35,357 bases of DNA from a virus (lineage: Duplodnaviria; Caudoviricetes), in IMG/VR virus record IMGVR_UViG_3300050158_000041, positions 1 to 35,357 of that record. The stretch is one strand, 5' to 3'. Below are positions 34,243 through 35,357 of the stretch, one piece after another. Under the pieces are notes generated by a model. It worked only from the letters and a program-made list of their open reading frames with translations, did not search any database and had not been told where the DNA came from. The stretch's first letter is position 1; the number at the start of each line of letters is the position of its first letter. Both the position numbers and the translations under genes were made by a program.

Positions 34243-34766
34243 TGGCACTAATAGTTGAAACAGGTGGGGGATTGGCTACTGCAAACTCCTACTGCGATGT
34301 TGCATACGCAGACGCATACCACACAGGAATTGCAAATGCTGATTGGGCTGGCGATACGACGACGAAGGAACAAGCCTTGATTGTTGCTTGCCAGTCCCTT
34401 GACCTCTTATACGGCCCGAGGTTTGTCTCTGCACGTGAAGAGGGTGAACAGGCATTGCTATGGCCGCGCTATCCGTTCATTGATCGAAACGGGAACACGC
34501 GTACGACTGGCATTCCCGTTGAACTCAAGAAGGCGCAGGCTGAGTTGGCGTTGATGTATTTGCTTGGCGCGAATCTATTTCCAGAGGGTAATTCTGTCCT
34601 CGATGTTCAGAGTGAAACGGTGAAGGTGGGTGAGATTTCTACGTCCACAACATACGTTAATTCAGGTCGAACTGAAATGGCAACGTTTGACGGATTCCGC
34701 AAAGTTGAGTTAATTCTATGGCCGCTCATGAAGGGCCGCCAGTCAATTGTTCGGTTCTCTCGCTAA
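34242..34766 (+). CDS. Head-tail connector/adaptor (DnaT-like family)
   Basis: MALIVE.G.GL..ANSY, Q.L.WPR and IP.ELK.AQ.ELA motifs. Confidence 0.85.
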   Translation: MALIVETGGGLATANSYCDVAYADAYHTGIANADWAGDTTTKEQALIVACQSLDLLYGPRFVSAREEGEQALLWPRYPFIDRNGNTRTTGIPVELKKAQAELALMYLLGANLFPEGNSVLDVQSETVKVGEISTSTTYVNSGRTEMATFDGFRKVELILWPLMKGRQSIVRFSR

Positions 34767-34775
34767 GGAGCCGCA

Positions 34776-35096
34776 ATGGATTACTCAGTTCTAAGCGGGA
34801 AAGCAACGGGCTTAATCAAGAACCTCGGCTTCCAAATCACGGTAACACGCAATGGCTTAAGCGTCGGTAAGGCATACGGCGTAATCACCCCTTCTAAGAC
34901 TGAAGTACAAGAGGGTGTTACGGCTGCAACTCCAATGGCGATGCAATCAAAGGTTATGTACGTGACTGCCATTGGTTCATTCAATCCGCAAATAGGCGAC
35001 CTAGTGACTTCGACGGTCGGCCAATGGGCAATTACAGCAGTCAGTGATTACAAGCCTTCCACAACGACGATTGCATACCGATTGGAGATTCAGTAA
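34776..35096 (+). CDS. Putative head-closure protein (second allele)
   Basis: Homologous and colinear with 456..776. Confidence 0.7.
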   Translation: MDYSVLSGKATGLIKNLGFQITVTRNGLSVGKAYGVITPSKTEVQEGVTAATPMAMQSKVMYVTAIGSFNPQIGDLVTSTVGQWAITAVSDYKPSTTTIAYRLEIQ

Positions 35097-35357
35097 TGGC
35101 TGACCGTGAATGGAATCTAAACAACAGCGGAACGATTGACGCATTCAACATCAATCTAGACACCCGCCTTCGTCGCTTCAAAGAGGAGTGGGGCGTTGAG
35201 TTCCTAGAGCGTGCTCGTGCTCGTACGCCAGTTCGTACTGGTGCGTTGCAGGGCGGCTGGGGTTTCGATCAGAAGAAGGAAAGCATTGATGTCTGGAACA
35301 CGCAGGAGTACGCCGGGTATGTTGAATACGGTACTGAAAAGATGGCACCCCGCGCAA
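35096..35357 (+). CDS. HK97 gp10-like protein, 3'-truncated (second allele)
   Basis: Homologous to 776..1108 and runs off the window end. Confidence 0.85.
   Translation, partial: MADREWNLNNSGTIDAFNINLDTRLRRFKEEWGVEFLERARARTPVRTGALQGGWGFDQKKESIDVWNTQEYAGYVEYGTEKMAPRA

Larger units (their letters stand above)
34321..35357 (+). repeat. Terminal direct repeat, copy 2 (diverged)
   Basis: See 1..1037. Confidence 0.97.

Noticed and set aside
34242-34766. DnaT-like protein as a replication factor
   Set aside because: Its position between capsid and neck genes indicates a head-tail adaptor. The family name does not imply replication here.

Overview
The window is an essentially complete, circularly permuted siphovirus-like element with a unit length of about 34.3 kb. 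It carries a full virion kit: terminase small and large subunits, portal, scaffold, major capsid, neck genes, tail tube, G/GT chaperones, tape measure and lambda-like M-L-K-I-J tail tip genes. It also encodes a tyrosine integrase, a candidate intact attP, an H-NS-family protein (suggesting a proteobacterial host) and two paralogous lipoproteins. I could not recognise any replication protein, CI/Cro repressor, sigma factor/late activator, endolysin or spanin. The main signal is a TAAATA box (mostly ATAAATA/CTAAATA, once TATAAATA) at 23 sites that I located by eye, nearly all intergenic and heading transcription units on both strands. This is the core of the T4-type gp55-dependent late promoter. 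Several boxes overlap the 5' arm of a hairpin that buries the next gene's RBS or start codon, as in T4 late-only translation switches. The inferred system is an integrating element that builds its own virion but relies on a co-infecting T4-like phage for late transcription, and probably for replication and lysis. A 2.8-kb mostly non-coding region holds candidate structured ncRNAs, GNA-triloop ssDNA hairpins and iteron-like repeats. The two window ends are diverged, colinear copies of the same 1,037-bp neck-gene block. All protein calls come from motif recognition and synteny, not database searches.
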